Source of the DNA: Bacteroidetes bacterium HGW-Bacteroidetes-4
GTDB taxonomy: Bacteria > Bacteroidota > Bacteroidia > Bacteroidales > SZUA-534
Length of the DNA: 64,000 bases
Reading direction: 5' to 3'
Assembly: GCA_002840905.1 (NCBI GenBank)
Contig: PHDD01000002.1
Span: 223,563 to 287,562 of the forward strand
Positions 10,006-18,866 of the stretch are shown here, one piece after another. Positions within the stretch are counted from its first letter, which is position 1. Every line of letters begins with the position of its first letter. A program made the translations under genes and the position numbers. Under the pieces are notes generated by a model. The model saw only the letters and a list, made by a program, of their open reading frames with translations, ran no database searches and had not been told where the DNA came from.

Positions 10006-10971
10006 CTAATTTGCAAAACGCCGGAATACCAACTCCAGAAAACTAATGGTGCTTTTCTTATTCTGATCCCAGTTATAATGAGTGAAAATATAAGCCAATG
10101 CACTATCCAGATTGTCTTGTTTATTAATTTGCTCCACCGCATCGGCATATTTTGCGGCATCTTTATTAAACAACTCATTAATGTACCAAATTCTATCATT
10201 CAATTTTATGGCTGTTTTTAAATCCTTTATGGGGCGGTCTTTTAAAGCCGATGCCAAATCTTTATTCTTTTTAATACCGGCAAGCATATCGTTAATTGAC
10301 GGAGCCTGCCCCTGATACTTTTCGGCAATAGTACCTCCATTAGTTTTTGTTTTTTGTTCCGGTTCTTTTTGCAATTCCGTTTTTACTTCTTCTTCAGGTG
10401 TTTTCAGAATTCCGGAGGCTAACGATTCTGGTTTAGGCGAAAAAGTTTCTACGGTAAAAGGTAACTCATCGTCGTGTTCTTCAATAAACTTGTCAGCAAT
10501 TTCAGTGAGCTCGGTTTTGTTTTCGGTTGGTTCCTTTTCTTCAAGTTCTGCTGCTTCATCAAACAAGAGTTCTTCTTTCGATTCCTCATCAATAGCAAGC
10601 AAATCATTTGTAGCAACCTCATTTTTTTCGTTGTCACTATTCGTATCAGGTCGATCTGATTCCACTGATTCAACAACTAGCTTTGGGTCAATACTTGTTT
10701 CAGGCTTATCATTTCTCAACCGGGGTTTTTCTGTTTCTTTTTCAACATCAACATGAGCAGAGCGATTCATCAAATCGCTTTCAACTTTTGAAGCTATTGA
10801 CTCCGATGAATCCTTTAACAAGAGCAATTCGCCATATATATCTTTCACCTTCGACAAAGCCAAATCCACTTCAAAAGGGTGTATGGGCTCTTCGCCGGAA
10901 AAATCATTGACAATGTCGGATAAAATTGTTAGTTCTTTGTTAATGATTTTAAGCAGGTTTTTCTTATTCAT
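10006..10971 (-). CDS. hypothetical protein with an acidic low-complexity centre and an ordered C-terminal domain
   Basis: Long ORF. I chose the start at MNKKNLLKII (ATG complement at 10969-10971) because the longer version would run into the tdk start region. The central E/D/K/T-rich segment is about 150 aa. Confidence 0.6.
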   Translation of the reverse strand: MNKKNLLKIINKELTILSDIVNDFSGEEPIHPFEVDLALSKVKDIYGELLLLKDSSESIASKVESDLMNRSAHVDVEKETEKPRLRNDKPETSIDPKLVVESVESDRPDTNSDNEKNEVATNDLLAIDEESKEELLFDEAAELEEKEPTENKTELTEIADKFIEEHDDELPFTVETFSPKPESLASGILKTPEEEVKTELQKEPEQKTKTNGGTIAEKYQGQAPSINDMLAGIKKNKDLASALKDRPIKDLKTAIKLNDRIWYINELFNKDAAKYADAVEQINKQDNLDSALAYIFTHYNWDQNKKSTISFLELVFRRFAN

Positions 10972-11096
10972 ATCAAGGGATGTTTTTTCTTTGCAAAAGT
11001 AATCAATGTAATTAAACGACCATATAAATATTTTAATTATACTTACCCTGAAAATTGCAATTCCCGAATCGCAAACCGGGTACAAAAAAAGCTGTC

Positions 11097-11678
11097 ATGT
11101 TTCTCGAAAAAAACAATAAACTGGTAAAAAAAGGTTGGATTGAAGTAGTGTGTGGATCGATGTTTTCGGGTAAAACCGAAGAGTTAATCCGCCGGATGAA
11201 ACGCGCCAAAATTGCCAAACAAAAGGTTGAAATTTTCAAACCTAAAATCGATACCCGCTATTCGGTTGATGAAGTAGTTTCGCACGATGAAAACGCCATA
11301 CTTTCAACTCCGGTTGACAGTCCCCGCAACATCTTGTTATTAGCCAATGATATTGAAGTGGTTGGAATAGACGAAGCGCAGTTTTTTGATGATGGTTTGA
11401 TTGAAGTTTGCAACGAATTGGCCAACCGGGGCATACGTGTTATTGTTGCCGGACTGGATATGGATTTTCGGGGAAAACCCTTTGGCCCTATTCCAAAACT
11501 TTTGGCCACTGCCGAATACGTAACCAAAGTTCATGCTATTTGCGTAAAATGTGGCGATTTAGCACAGTACTCGCACCGACTTTCCAGTAACGACAAGCTG
11601 GTTTTATTGGGCGAAACCGATGTGTATGAACCTTTATGCCGCGATTGTTTTCAAAAAGCAATGAAAACCCAGGTTTGA
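11097..11678 (+). CDS. tdk: thymidine kinase
   Basis: P-loop [18 protein letters not shown] and a C-terminal zinc ribbon (CxxC ... CRDC). The start is set at MFLEKNN. Confidence 0.9.
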   Translation: MFLEKNNKLVKKGWIEVVCGSMFSGKTEELIRRMKRAKIAKQKVEIFKPKIDTRYSVDEVVSHDENAILSTPVDSPRNILLLANDIEVVGIDEAQFFDDGLIEVCNELANRGIRVIVAGLDMDFRGKPFGPIPKLLATAEYVTKVHAICVKCGDLAQYSHRLSSNDKLVLLGETDVYEPLCRDCFQKAMKTQV

Positions 11679-11733
11679 TTTGCTGAAATTAAATAGCTTA
11701 CTTACAAGGTTTAAGACTAACGCATAATAAAAA

Positions 11734-14193
11734 ATGACCACTTACCACCTACAGGAAATAGCCCCCGTACTTAACGGGCAGCTGACCAAAAACTCGGGAG
11801 GCAAAATAAATTACCTTCTTATCGACAGTCGCAAGGTGTTGTTTCCACGCGAAAGTCTGTTTTTTGCCCTGCGTGGTTTACATAACGATGGTCATTATTA
11901 TCTTTCAGAACTTTACCAACAAGGCGTACGAAATTTTGTGGTAGAAACCCTGCCTGAAAACCTGGAAATGATGCAACGTGCAAATTTTATTCAGGTTTCG
12001 AACACCTTGAAAGCCTTACAAAATTTGGTTCGCTGGCACCGATCCCATATTTCGGTCCCTGTATTAGGAATTACCGGAAGTAACGGTAAAACCATTGTCA
12101 AAGAATGGATTTATCAGTGTTTGCACAACGAAAAATACATTATCCGCAACCCAAAAAGCTACAACAGCCAGATTGGGGTACCCCTATCGGTATGGTTACT
12201 GAATGCCGAGGCTGGTCTGGGTATATTTGAAGCGGGCATCTCTCAGGCAGGTGAAATGGAACATCTGCAAGCAATAATACAACCCGAAATCGGCATATTC
12301 ACCAATATTGGCGATGCGCATCAGGAAAATTTTACATCGAGAGAACAGAAAATTAGGGAAAAACTTAAACTTTTTACAGCATGCCACACGTTAATTTATT
12401 GCGCCGATCAACCCCTGGTAAACGAAACCATTCGCGCTGAAATTAATCCGGCAACAAAAAAATTTACCTGGGGAAGCTCGCCCGACTGTCAACTCAGCAT
12501 ATCAGGCCTTGAAACCCTGAAGTCAGGAGCTTTAATTGAAGCAAGTTACCAAGGCGAAGCTCAAAGCGTAAAAATTCCCTTTTTCGACAAAGCATCCATC
12601 GAGAATGCCATTCATGTCTGGAGTTTTCTTTTAGTACAAGGGTATCCCCTTTCGTTTATTCAGGAAAAACTATCCCGGTTAGAACATGTGGCAATGCGTC
12701 TTGAACTTAAAGAAGGCACCAATAATTGCACCCTCATAAATGACAGTTACAACTCCGACCTGGAATCGCTGCACATTGCCATGGATTTTTTATCGCAACA
12801 AAACCAGCATCCGCAAAAGGTGCTTATTTTGTCCGATATTGAACAAAGCGGCTTTAAAAAAGACGAATTATACCAACAAGTGGCGGGAATGCTGCAACAA
12901 AAAAATATTGATCGCTTAATTGGAATTGGACCCGACATTCACGCACATCAGCACCTGTTTGAATTACGAAAAGATTTTTACCTGTCGACCCGTGAATTTA
13001 TTGAAAGCAATGAATGGTTAAAGTTTCAGCACTTAGCCATTTTACTTAAGGGCGCCCGAAGGTTCGAGTTTGAAAACCTGAGTAAATTACTTCAGAAACA
13101 AAATCACCGAACGGTATTTGAAATCGACCTGAATGCTTTGTTACACAACCTGAATTACTTTAAGAATCTGCTGAAACCCACAACCGGAATAGTTGCCATG
13201 CTTAAAGCATCGGGCTATGGCAGCGGAACGTACGAAATTGCCAATCTTTGCCAGTACCAGCGGGTGGCTGCCATTGCTGTAGCTTTTCCCGACGAAGGAA
13301 TAGAATTACGAAAAGCCGGAATAAAAACGCCCATCTGGGTTATGAATCCCGAGGAAGAAAGTTTTGCCACAATGATAAATCATCGTCTTGAACCTCAGTT
13401 ATCAAATTTTAGTTCTATCCACCGTTTTAATATAATTGCAGAATCTTCCGATTCAAAACCTTATCCGGTTCATATCAAACTCGATACCGGAATGCACCGT
13501 TCAGGTTTTATGGCAGACGAACTCGATTTACTTATTCGGTCATTAAAAGATTCAGAAAATCTTAAGGTAGTTAGTATATTTTCGCATCTGGCCTCAGCCG
13601 ATGAGCCCCAACAAGACGATTTTACCCACGAACAGGTGGTAACTTTCGAAAAAATGAGCCAAACCCTAATGGAACAATTTCCCTATAAAATTAAGCGCCA
13701 TATTTTAAACTCGGCTGGTATTGAACGATTTCCAAAGTATCAGTACGATATGGTGCGTCTGGGCATAGGGCTGTTCGGAATTAGCGCAACCGATGCTCCA
13801 TTGGCGCAGGTGGGAACCTTAAACAGTTCTATCATTCAACTTAAAAAACTCAAAAAAGGACAAACGGTGGGTTATTCCCGAAAAGGTGTCCTAGACAAAG
13901 ATTCAATTATTGCAACTGTTCCGGTAGGTTATGCCGATGGTTTACGACGCATATTAAGTAATGGCGTGGGAAAAATTTGGGTAAATGGAAAAATGGCTCC
14001 CATTGTTGGAAACATCTGCATGGATATGTGTATGATTGACGTTACCGGCATCTCGGTTCAGGAGGGCGATTGTGTTGAAATATTAGGCAAAAACTTATCT
14101 ATTAATGAACTGGCTCATTGGATGCAAACTATTCCTTACGAAGTGCTTACCGGTATTTCAAAAAGAGTAAAACGAACTTACCATCTGGAATAA
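11734..14193 (+). CDS. bifunctional UDP-MurNAc-pentapeptide synthetase (MurF) / alanine racemase (Alr) fusion
   Basis: The N-terminal half has the Mur ligase P-loop GITGSNGKT. The C-terminal half has the Alr PLP-lysine region AMLKASGYGSG and VGYADG. Confidence 0.9.
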   Translation: MTTYHLQEIAPVLNGQLTKNSGGKINYLLIDSRKVLFPRESLFFALRGLHNDGHYYLSELYQQGVRNFVVETLPENLEMMQRANFIQVSNTLKALQNLVRWHRSHISVPVLGITGSNGKTIVKEWIYQCLHNEKYIIRNPKSYNSQIGVPLSVWLLNAEAGLGIFEAGISQAGEMEHLQAIIQPEIGIFTNIGDAHQENFTSREQKIREKLKLFTACHTLIYCADQPLVNETIRAEINPATKKFTWGSSPDCQLSISGLETLKSGALIEASYQGEAQSVKIPFFDKASIENAIHVWSFLLVQGYPLSFIQEKLSRLEHVAMRLELKEGTNNCTLINDSYNSDLESLHIAMDFLSQQNQHPQKVLILSDIEQSGFKKDELYQQVAGMLQQKNIDRLIGIGPDIHAHQHLFELRKDFYLSTREFIESNEWLKFQHLAILLKGARRFEFENLSKLLQKQNHRTVFEIDLNALLHNLNYFKNLLKPTTGIVAMLKASGYGSGTYEIANLCQYQRVAAIAVAFPDEGIELRKAGIKTPIWVMNPEEESFATMINHRLEPQLSNFSSIHRFNIIAESSDSKPYPVHIKLDTGMHRSGFMADELDLLIRSLKDSENLKVVSIFSHLASADEPQQDDFTHEQVVTFEKMSQTLMEQFPYKIKRHILNSAGIERFPKYQYDMVRLGIGLFGISATDAPLAQVGTLNSSIIQLKKLKKGQTVGYSRKGVLDKDSIIATVPVGYADGLRRILSNGVGKIWVNGKMAPIVGNICMDMCMIDVTGISVQEGDCVEILGKNLSINELAHWMQTIPYEVLTGISKRVKRTYHLE

Positions 14194-14915
14194 TGCCAAG
14201 CACCTTACATAACGATCCACTGGGACAGGCCGTTTTTGATTATTACACCACAAAAAAAACCAAAAGGCTAAAGGTTTATTCCAACATTGTTGAAACCGAT
14301 GAAATTCCGGTTTCATATCTTTTCAGAACTTTTAATCAGATGCCGCCTTTGGAGCAAAAAGCCCTTAAACTTTGCAGTGGAAAAGTTTTGGATGTTGGAG
14401 CTGCTGCCGGTCCCCACAGTTTATGGTTAAAAGCTCAAAGCGTTGAGGTATTTCCCATCGATGTGTCTGAACTTGCTGTAAAAACATTGCAATTACAAGG
14501 TTTTACTGCAGCCCGACAAATTAATTTTTTTGATTTGAAGACAGACAAAAAATTCGATACCTTACTGTTCCTGATGAATGGAATTGGAATTGCAGGAACA
14601 CTGAATAAACTACCCCTGTTTTTTGAAAAATGCAAACAACTATTGGAATCCAATGGGCAGGTAATACTCGACTCGTCGGATATAATTTATCTGTTCGGAG
14701 ATGAAAAAACCGGCTATCAGATTGATTTAAATGCTGATTATTACGGACAGGTTACCTACCAAATGAGTTATGGCTCCATTAAGGGCAATCAATTTTCCTG
14801 GTTGTTTATCGACTTTAACACTCTTTCACACATGGCCCACCAATCGGGTTTTAAATGCGAATTGATTTTAAAAGGCACCCATTTTGATTATTTGGCCAGA
14901 CTTAGTTTGCAATAA
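14193..14915 (+). CDS. class I SAM-dependent methyltransferase
   Basis: VLDVGAAAGPHS glycine-rich SAM motif. The start ATG overlaps the murF-alr stop (TAATG). Confidence 0.7.
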   Translation: MPSTLHNDPLGQAVFDYYTTKKTKRLKVYSNIVETDEIPVSYLFRTFNQMPPLEQKALKLCSGKVLDVGAAAGPHSLWLKAQSVEVFPIDVSELAVKTLQLQGFTAARQINFFDLKTDKKFDTLLFLMNGIGIAGTLNKLPLFFEKCKQLLESNGQVILDSSDIIYLFGDEKTGYQIDLNADYYGQVTYQMSYGSIKGNQFSWLFIDFNTLSHMAHQSGFKCELILKGTHFDYLARLSLQ

Positions 14916-14924
14916 TAACTGATA

Positions 14925-15389
14925 TCAACTGTAAATAAGCGCAACTATTTTTTCCAGCCCTTCAGCATCCACCTCATCAAAAGTTGCCAGTTTATCGCTA
15001 TCCACATCCAACACTCCGATTACTTTACCTGTCTGGTCTTTAACCGGCACTACAATTTCCGATTTGGAACGTGAATCGCAGGCTATATGTCCGGGAAACT
15101 GATGTACATCGGGCACAACCTGGGTTTTTTGCGAGTTAATTCCCGCCCAGCAAACTCCAGTATTCTTAGCCAGTTCCATGCAGGCAACCGGCCCCTGGTA
15201 AGTGCGCACCACCAAACGATTATCGGGAGTGAGCAAATAAAAACCGGTCCAGAAAAAACCTTCCATTTTGTGGTGCAAAACGGCTGCAATAGATGACATC
15301 CGGGCTGAAGGATCAGTGCTTTTTACCATTAAATCGCTCAACTGTTTGAATATTCGTTCGTAGCGTCCTTGTTTCTTTTTATTATCCAT
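14925..15389 (-). CDS. GAF domain protein (free methionine-R-sulfoxide reductase-like)
   Basis: Single GAF domain of about 154 aa with the conserved ...GPVAC...GVCW...HIACDS... cysteines. The start is set at MDNKKKQG. Confidence 0.7.
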   Translation of the reverse strand: MDNKKKQGRYERIFKQLSDLMVKSTDPSARMSSIAAVLHHKMEGFFWTGFYLLTPDNRLVVRTYQGPVACMELAKNTGVCWAGINSQKTQVVPDVHQFPGHIACDSRSKSEIVVPVKDQTGKVIGVLDVDSDKLATFDEVDAEGLEKIVALIYS

Positions 15390-15513
15390 TCCCTGTAGTA
15401 TAAAATTACGGGTGTAAAAGTAAGTTTTTCCCACATCACAAAAAATGGTTTTCGCTTAAAAAACAATCAAATGTTTGGTTATTATACATTACAGTAGTAT
15501 GGAAGTATAGTGT

Positions 15514-16644
15514 TTAATACATTTTATCAACACTTACGTCAATACCATGTGCTTCGAGCGAACTGATTATCCGGGGAAAAATATCTTTGTGCCCAGCTAA
15601 AGTTTCCGGAGCAATAATTCCATGCTTTTCAACCAGTCCATCCATAAAAATATCGGTAACAGCTGTGCAGGTATAACCCGTTGTGCGGGCCATGCTGTGA
15701 ATTCCGGTTTTTGTGTCGAGTTTGTCGTAAATAAGGTATTCGTAACCTACCGGCTCACTTCCCATGGTACCCATCACTTTTGAACGCATGATGGTAAAAT
15801 CTTCCTCGCCCTGTTTAAGCTCCCAAAGGGGCATCAACAATTTGGTTGTAACATCGAGTGGACGAACTGAAACGCCTTTTACATCGATTTCGGTTTGCGA
15901 AAAGAAACCACTTTCGCGAAGTACGCGCAAATACTCAATGGTTCCCGGATAACGCAAAGTTTTCTCTATCATGTTGGGCACCTTCATCGTTTTTAGCAAG
16001 GTGCGTAAACCATCGGAATTCCAGGCCTCGAGTGTACCAATATGCTTAAATTCCACCAATTCCGGATCACTAAGGGCATCTTTTGTAATTTGATGACCAT
16101 TCTCGACATAGCGGGCCGGACGCACGTATTCTTCTATTACATCGGCCGGTGAAAACACCGCGCGATACTCCCAGGGCCATTGCCTTATAACAGGCAAACC
16201 TCCAACCAAACATTCGTATTTATCCACCTTCATGCTGGCGGCATGGTACCCAAGAATCATATTACTGATGCCAGGAGCAATACCACAGTCAATAGCTACC
16301 GAAACTTTTTTATGTTTAGCCCGTTCATCTAACTCAAACGGATCTTCAGGGAAAAAGGAGATATCCACCATATTTTTTCCGATATCGATGACCCGTTTAA
16401 TTACTTCGTAACCAATATGACCGGGAACTGCACCAATTACTAATTCAGAGTCAGCAAGCAGTTTTTCGAGCATTTTTTTATCGGTAACATCGGCTTGAAC
16501 ACAACTGATGCCAAAACAACGCTTTAATTTTCCCAGGGCCAGTTCATTTAAATCGACAACCGTTACTTCATATTGTTTACTGAGTTCAACCGCAATGGTA
16601 CTACCCACCATGCCTCCGCCTAAAACCGTAATTTTCCTGCTCAT
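15514..16644 (-). CDS. saccharopine dehydrogenase family NAD(P)-binding protein
   Basis: N-terminal Rossmann motif ITVLGGGMVGS, with length and C-terminal region typical of the Sacchrp_dh family. Confidence 0.75.
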   Translation of the reverse strand: MSRKITVLGGGMVGSTIAVELSKQYEVTVVDLNELALGKLKRCFGISCVQADVTDKKMLEKLLADSELVIGAVPGHIGYEVIKRVIDIGKNMVDISFFPEDPFELDERAKHKKVSVAIDCGIAPGISNMILGYHAASMKVDKYECLVGGLPVIRQWPWEYRAVFSPADVIEEYVRPARYVENGHQITKDALSDPELVEFKHIGTLEAWNSDGLRTLLKTMKVPNMIEKTLRYPGTIEYLRVLRESGFFSQTEIDVKGVSVRPLDVTTKLLMPLWELKQGEEDFTIMRSKVMGTMGSEPVGYEYLIYDKLDTKTGIHSMARTTGYTCTAVTDIFMDGLVEKHGIIAPETLAGHKDIFPRIISSLEAHGIDVSVDKMY

Positions 16645-16744
16645 GCTTGTAATTAAATTAGTTGGTACAAATTACAACTTTTGTATAATATATTCAATGG
16701 TTTCAAAAAAATTGACAAAAACGCGGTCGGTTTGGATAAAATTA

Positions 16745-16752
16745 TATTTTTG
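16745..16752 (+). promoter_or_regulatory. Candidate Bacteroidota -7 box (TAnnTTTG)
   Basis: TATTTTTG lies 49 nt upstream of the ATG at 16801. Confidence 0.35.
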
Positions 16753-16800
16753 TAAACGAAACTATTCTTAACAACCATTTTTATTTTACACTAATTTACC

Positions 16801-17127
16801 ATGAATAAAATTACCACCTTAGTTAGCATGGCGCTTGCTTTAACTATCAGCCTGGGCGTTTCTGCTCAAAAAGCACCCATTAAGTTTGGAAAACTTAGTA
16901 AGGACGAAATAGACCTTAAGGTTTACGACAAAGACACAGCAGCTGCTGCCATTGTTTTGTGCGATTTTGGTACGTCTGATTTTACTTATTCAGATAATTC
17001 AGGCTTGATGTACCTGTACAAACGGAATATCCGGATTAAAATTCTAAAAAAAGAAGGGTATCACAAAGCCAATTTCGAAATTCCTCTCCGGAAAAATACG
17101 ATAGTCCGGGAAGGATTAAAGGGATGA
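16801..17127 (+). CDS. DUF3857-type secreted protein, N-terminal fragment; the frame breaks at 17118-17127
   Basis: Signal peptide plus an N-terminal region collinear with the paralog at 18867. It ends ...REGLKG-TGA, and the sequence continues in the -1 frame. Confidence 0.7.
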   Translation: MNKITTLVSMALALTISLGVSAQKAPIKFGKLSKDEIDLKVYDKDTAAAAIVLCDFGTSDFTYSDNSGLMYLYKRNIRIKILKKEGYHKANFEIPLRKNTIVREGLKG

Positions 17128-18815
17128 CTTTTAATTTTGATGAGGGTAAAACAGAAAAAGTTAAACTCGAAAACAACCAGGTATTTACCGACGACATTAA
17201 TAAATACTGGGAACTGATAAAATTTGAAAAGCCTGCCGTAAAAGAAGGCTCTATTATTGACGTGGAATACTCCATTTTATCTGAATTATACAATATACGA
17301 AACTGGGATTTTCAGGACGATATCCCTACACTTCACAGTGAATATCGGGTAACCATTCCCGAATATTTCCATTTCAAACAATTGGAAAAGGGTTTTATTC
17401 CCATTGGTGAGAAAAGCACCAGTAACCGCACGGTTACACAAACAGGAACTGAAAATCAACGATCGACAGGCTACGTAACTACATCAAGGGTTCAGAGCTA
17501 CAATTTTAATTACAATGTTACCGACTATTTTTTTATTTCGAAGCATGTTCCTGCCTTTTATGAAGAGGATTACATGACGAGCGAAAAAAACTTTATTTCA
17601 TGCATTGAATTTGAGTTGGGTTCGGTTAAATGGCCCAACCGACCGGTAAAAAACTATACCAATACCTGGGAGGCCATAAATAAAGAATTACTTTTTGATA
17701 CCGATTTTGGCAACCGGATTAATGGCGCTGGTTTCTTAAAAGACAAACTGGCTCTGATTGAAAGGTTAAACCCAAACCCTGAAGCAAAAATTGCTGCCGT
17801 GTACGATTTAATTCGAAACGGAATCAGCTGGAATGGGCGTTATTCATTTCATTCGTATGATAACAACAAAGCCTGGAACGAGGGTAGCGGAACCGTAGGC
17901 GATATTAATTTGCTATTGGTCGCGGCCCTAAGACGTTTAGGGTTCGAAGCCAATCCGGTACTATTAAGCACACGCGCTAACGGCCTTATCCACCCGGCAC
18001 AAATTATTCTCGACCAGTTTAATTACGTAATTGCTTCGGTTTTAATCGATGATAAAATTATTTTACTCGATGCCACCGACCGCAATACGCCAGCCGGATT
18101 ATTACCCGAACGTTGCCTGAACGGACAAGGCCGGCAAATTGATAAAAACGGGGGTTCCTGGGTCGATCTGGTTCCTGCCAGCAATCACCGAAGGATGTAC
18201 CAGGCCGCTTTTACCATTGAACCCGATTTATCGCTAAAAGGAAATATTATAGAAAAACACGAAGGTTATTCAGCGTTAGAATACCGGAAAACCATGCAGA
18301 ATTACAACAGCACCGAAGCTTATCTGGAAGAATACCAAAAAGGCTTTCAGACCTTTAGTCTGGAGTTGGATTCAGTAAGTGGCGTGGCTCAACTAAACGA
18401 ACCCCTTTACCTGAGTTATTCATTTGAAACCGATGTTCCTGTGGATGCTGCCGGCAACTTGCTTATGATAAACCCGATTCTTATTGGCAAAACTCAAACC
18501 AATCCTTTTAAATTACCCGAGCGTGCTTACCCGGTCGATTTTTCTTTTCCTCGTACCAACACTTATATGGCAACTATAACCCTACCCGAAGGATATGCAA
18601 TAGATAATCTGCCCCAAAACAAACGAATGATACTTCCTGAAAACAAAGCGTCTTTTATTTACTCCATCCAACAATCAGGAAACCAAATCACACTGCTTAC
18701 CAAGTTTGATATTAACAAAGTGACCTTCTTACCTGAAGACTATCAAAATTTGAAATTATTTTTCAATCAGGTAATTGAAGCCCAGACAGAAGACATTATT
18801 CTGAAAAAATTATAA
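17124..18815 (+). CDS. Continuation of the DUF3857 / transglutaminase-like / DUF3858 protein (-1 frame relative to 16801..17127)
   Basis: MTFNFDEGKTEKVKL... continues the DUF3857 domain. This frame is open from 17040. There is no signal peptide or independent start context. Confidence 0.7.
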   Translation: MTFNFDEGKTEKVKLENNQVFTDDINKYWELIKFEKPAVKEGSIIDVEYSILSELYNIRNWDFQDDIPTLHSEYRVTIPEYFHFKQLEKGFIPIGEKSTSNRTVTQTGTENQRSTGYVTTSRVQSYNFNYNVTDYFFISKHVPAFYEEDYMTSEKNFISCIEFELGSVKWPNRPVKNYTNTWEAINKELLFDTDFGNRINGAGFLKDKLALIERLNPNPEAKIAAVYDLIRNGISWNGRYSFHSYDNNKAWNEGSGTVGDINLLLVAALRRLGFEANPVLLSTRANGLIHPAQIILDQFNYVIASVLIDDKIILLDATDRNTPAGLLPERCLNGQGRQIDKNGGSWVDLVPASNHRRMYQAAFTIEPDLSLKGNIIEKHEGYSALEYRKTMQNYNSTEAYLEEYQKGFQTFSLELDSVSGVAQLNEPLYLSYSFETDVPVDAAGNLLMINPILIGKTQTNPFKLPERAYPVDFSFPRTNTYMATITLPEGYAIDNLPQNKRMILPENKASFIYSIQQSGNQITLLTKFDINKVTFLPEDYQNLKLFFNQVIEAQTEDIILKKL

Positions 18816-18822
18816 CTTTTAC

Positions 18823-18846
18823 GGGGAGCTTTAAGTGAAGCTCCCC
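18823..18846 (+). terminator. GC-rich hairpin after the first DUF3857 gene (no T-run)
   Basis: GGGGAGCTT-TAAGTG-AAGCTCCCC perfect 9-bp stem, followed by AATACC rather than a U-tract. Confidence 0.3.
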
Positions 18847-18866
18847 AATACCATTAACTTAGAAAG

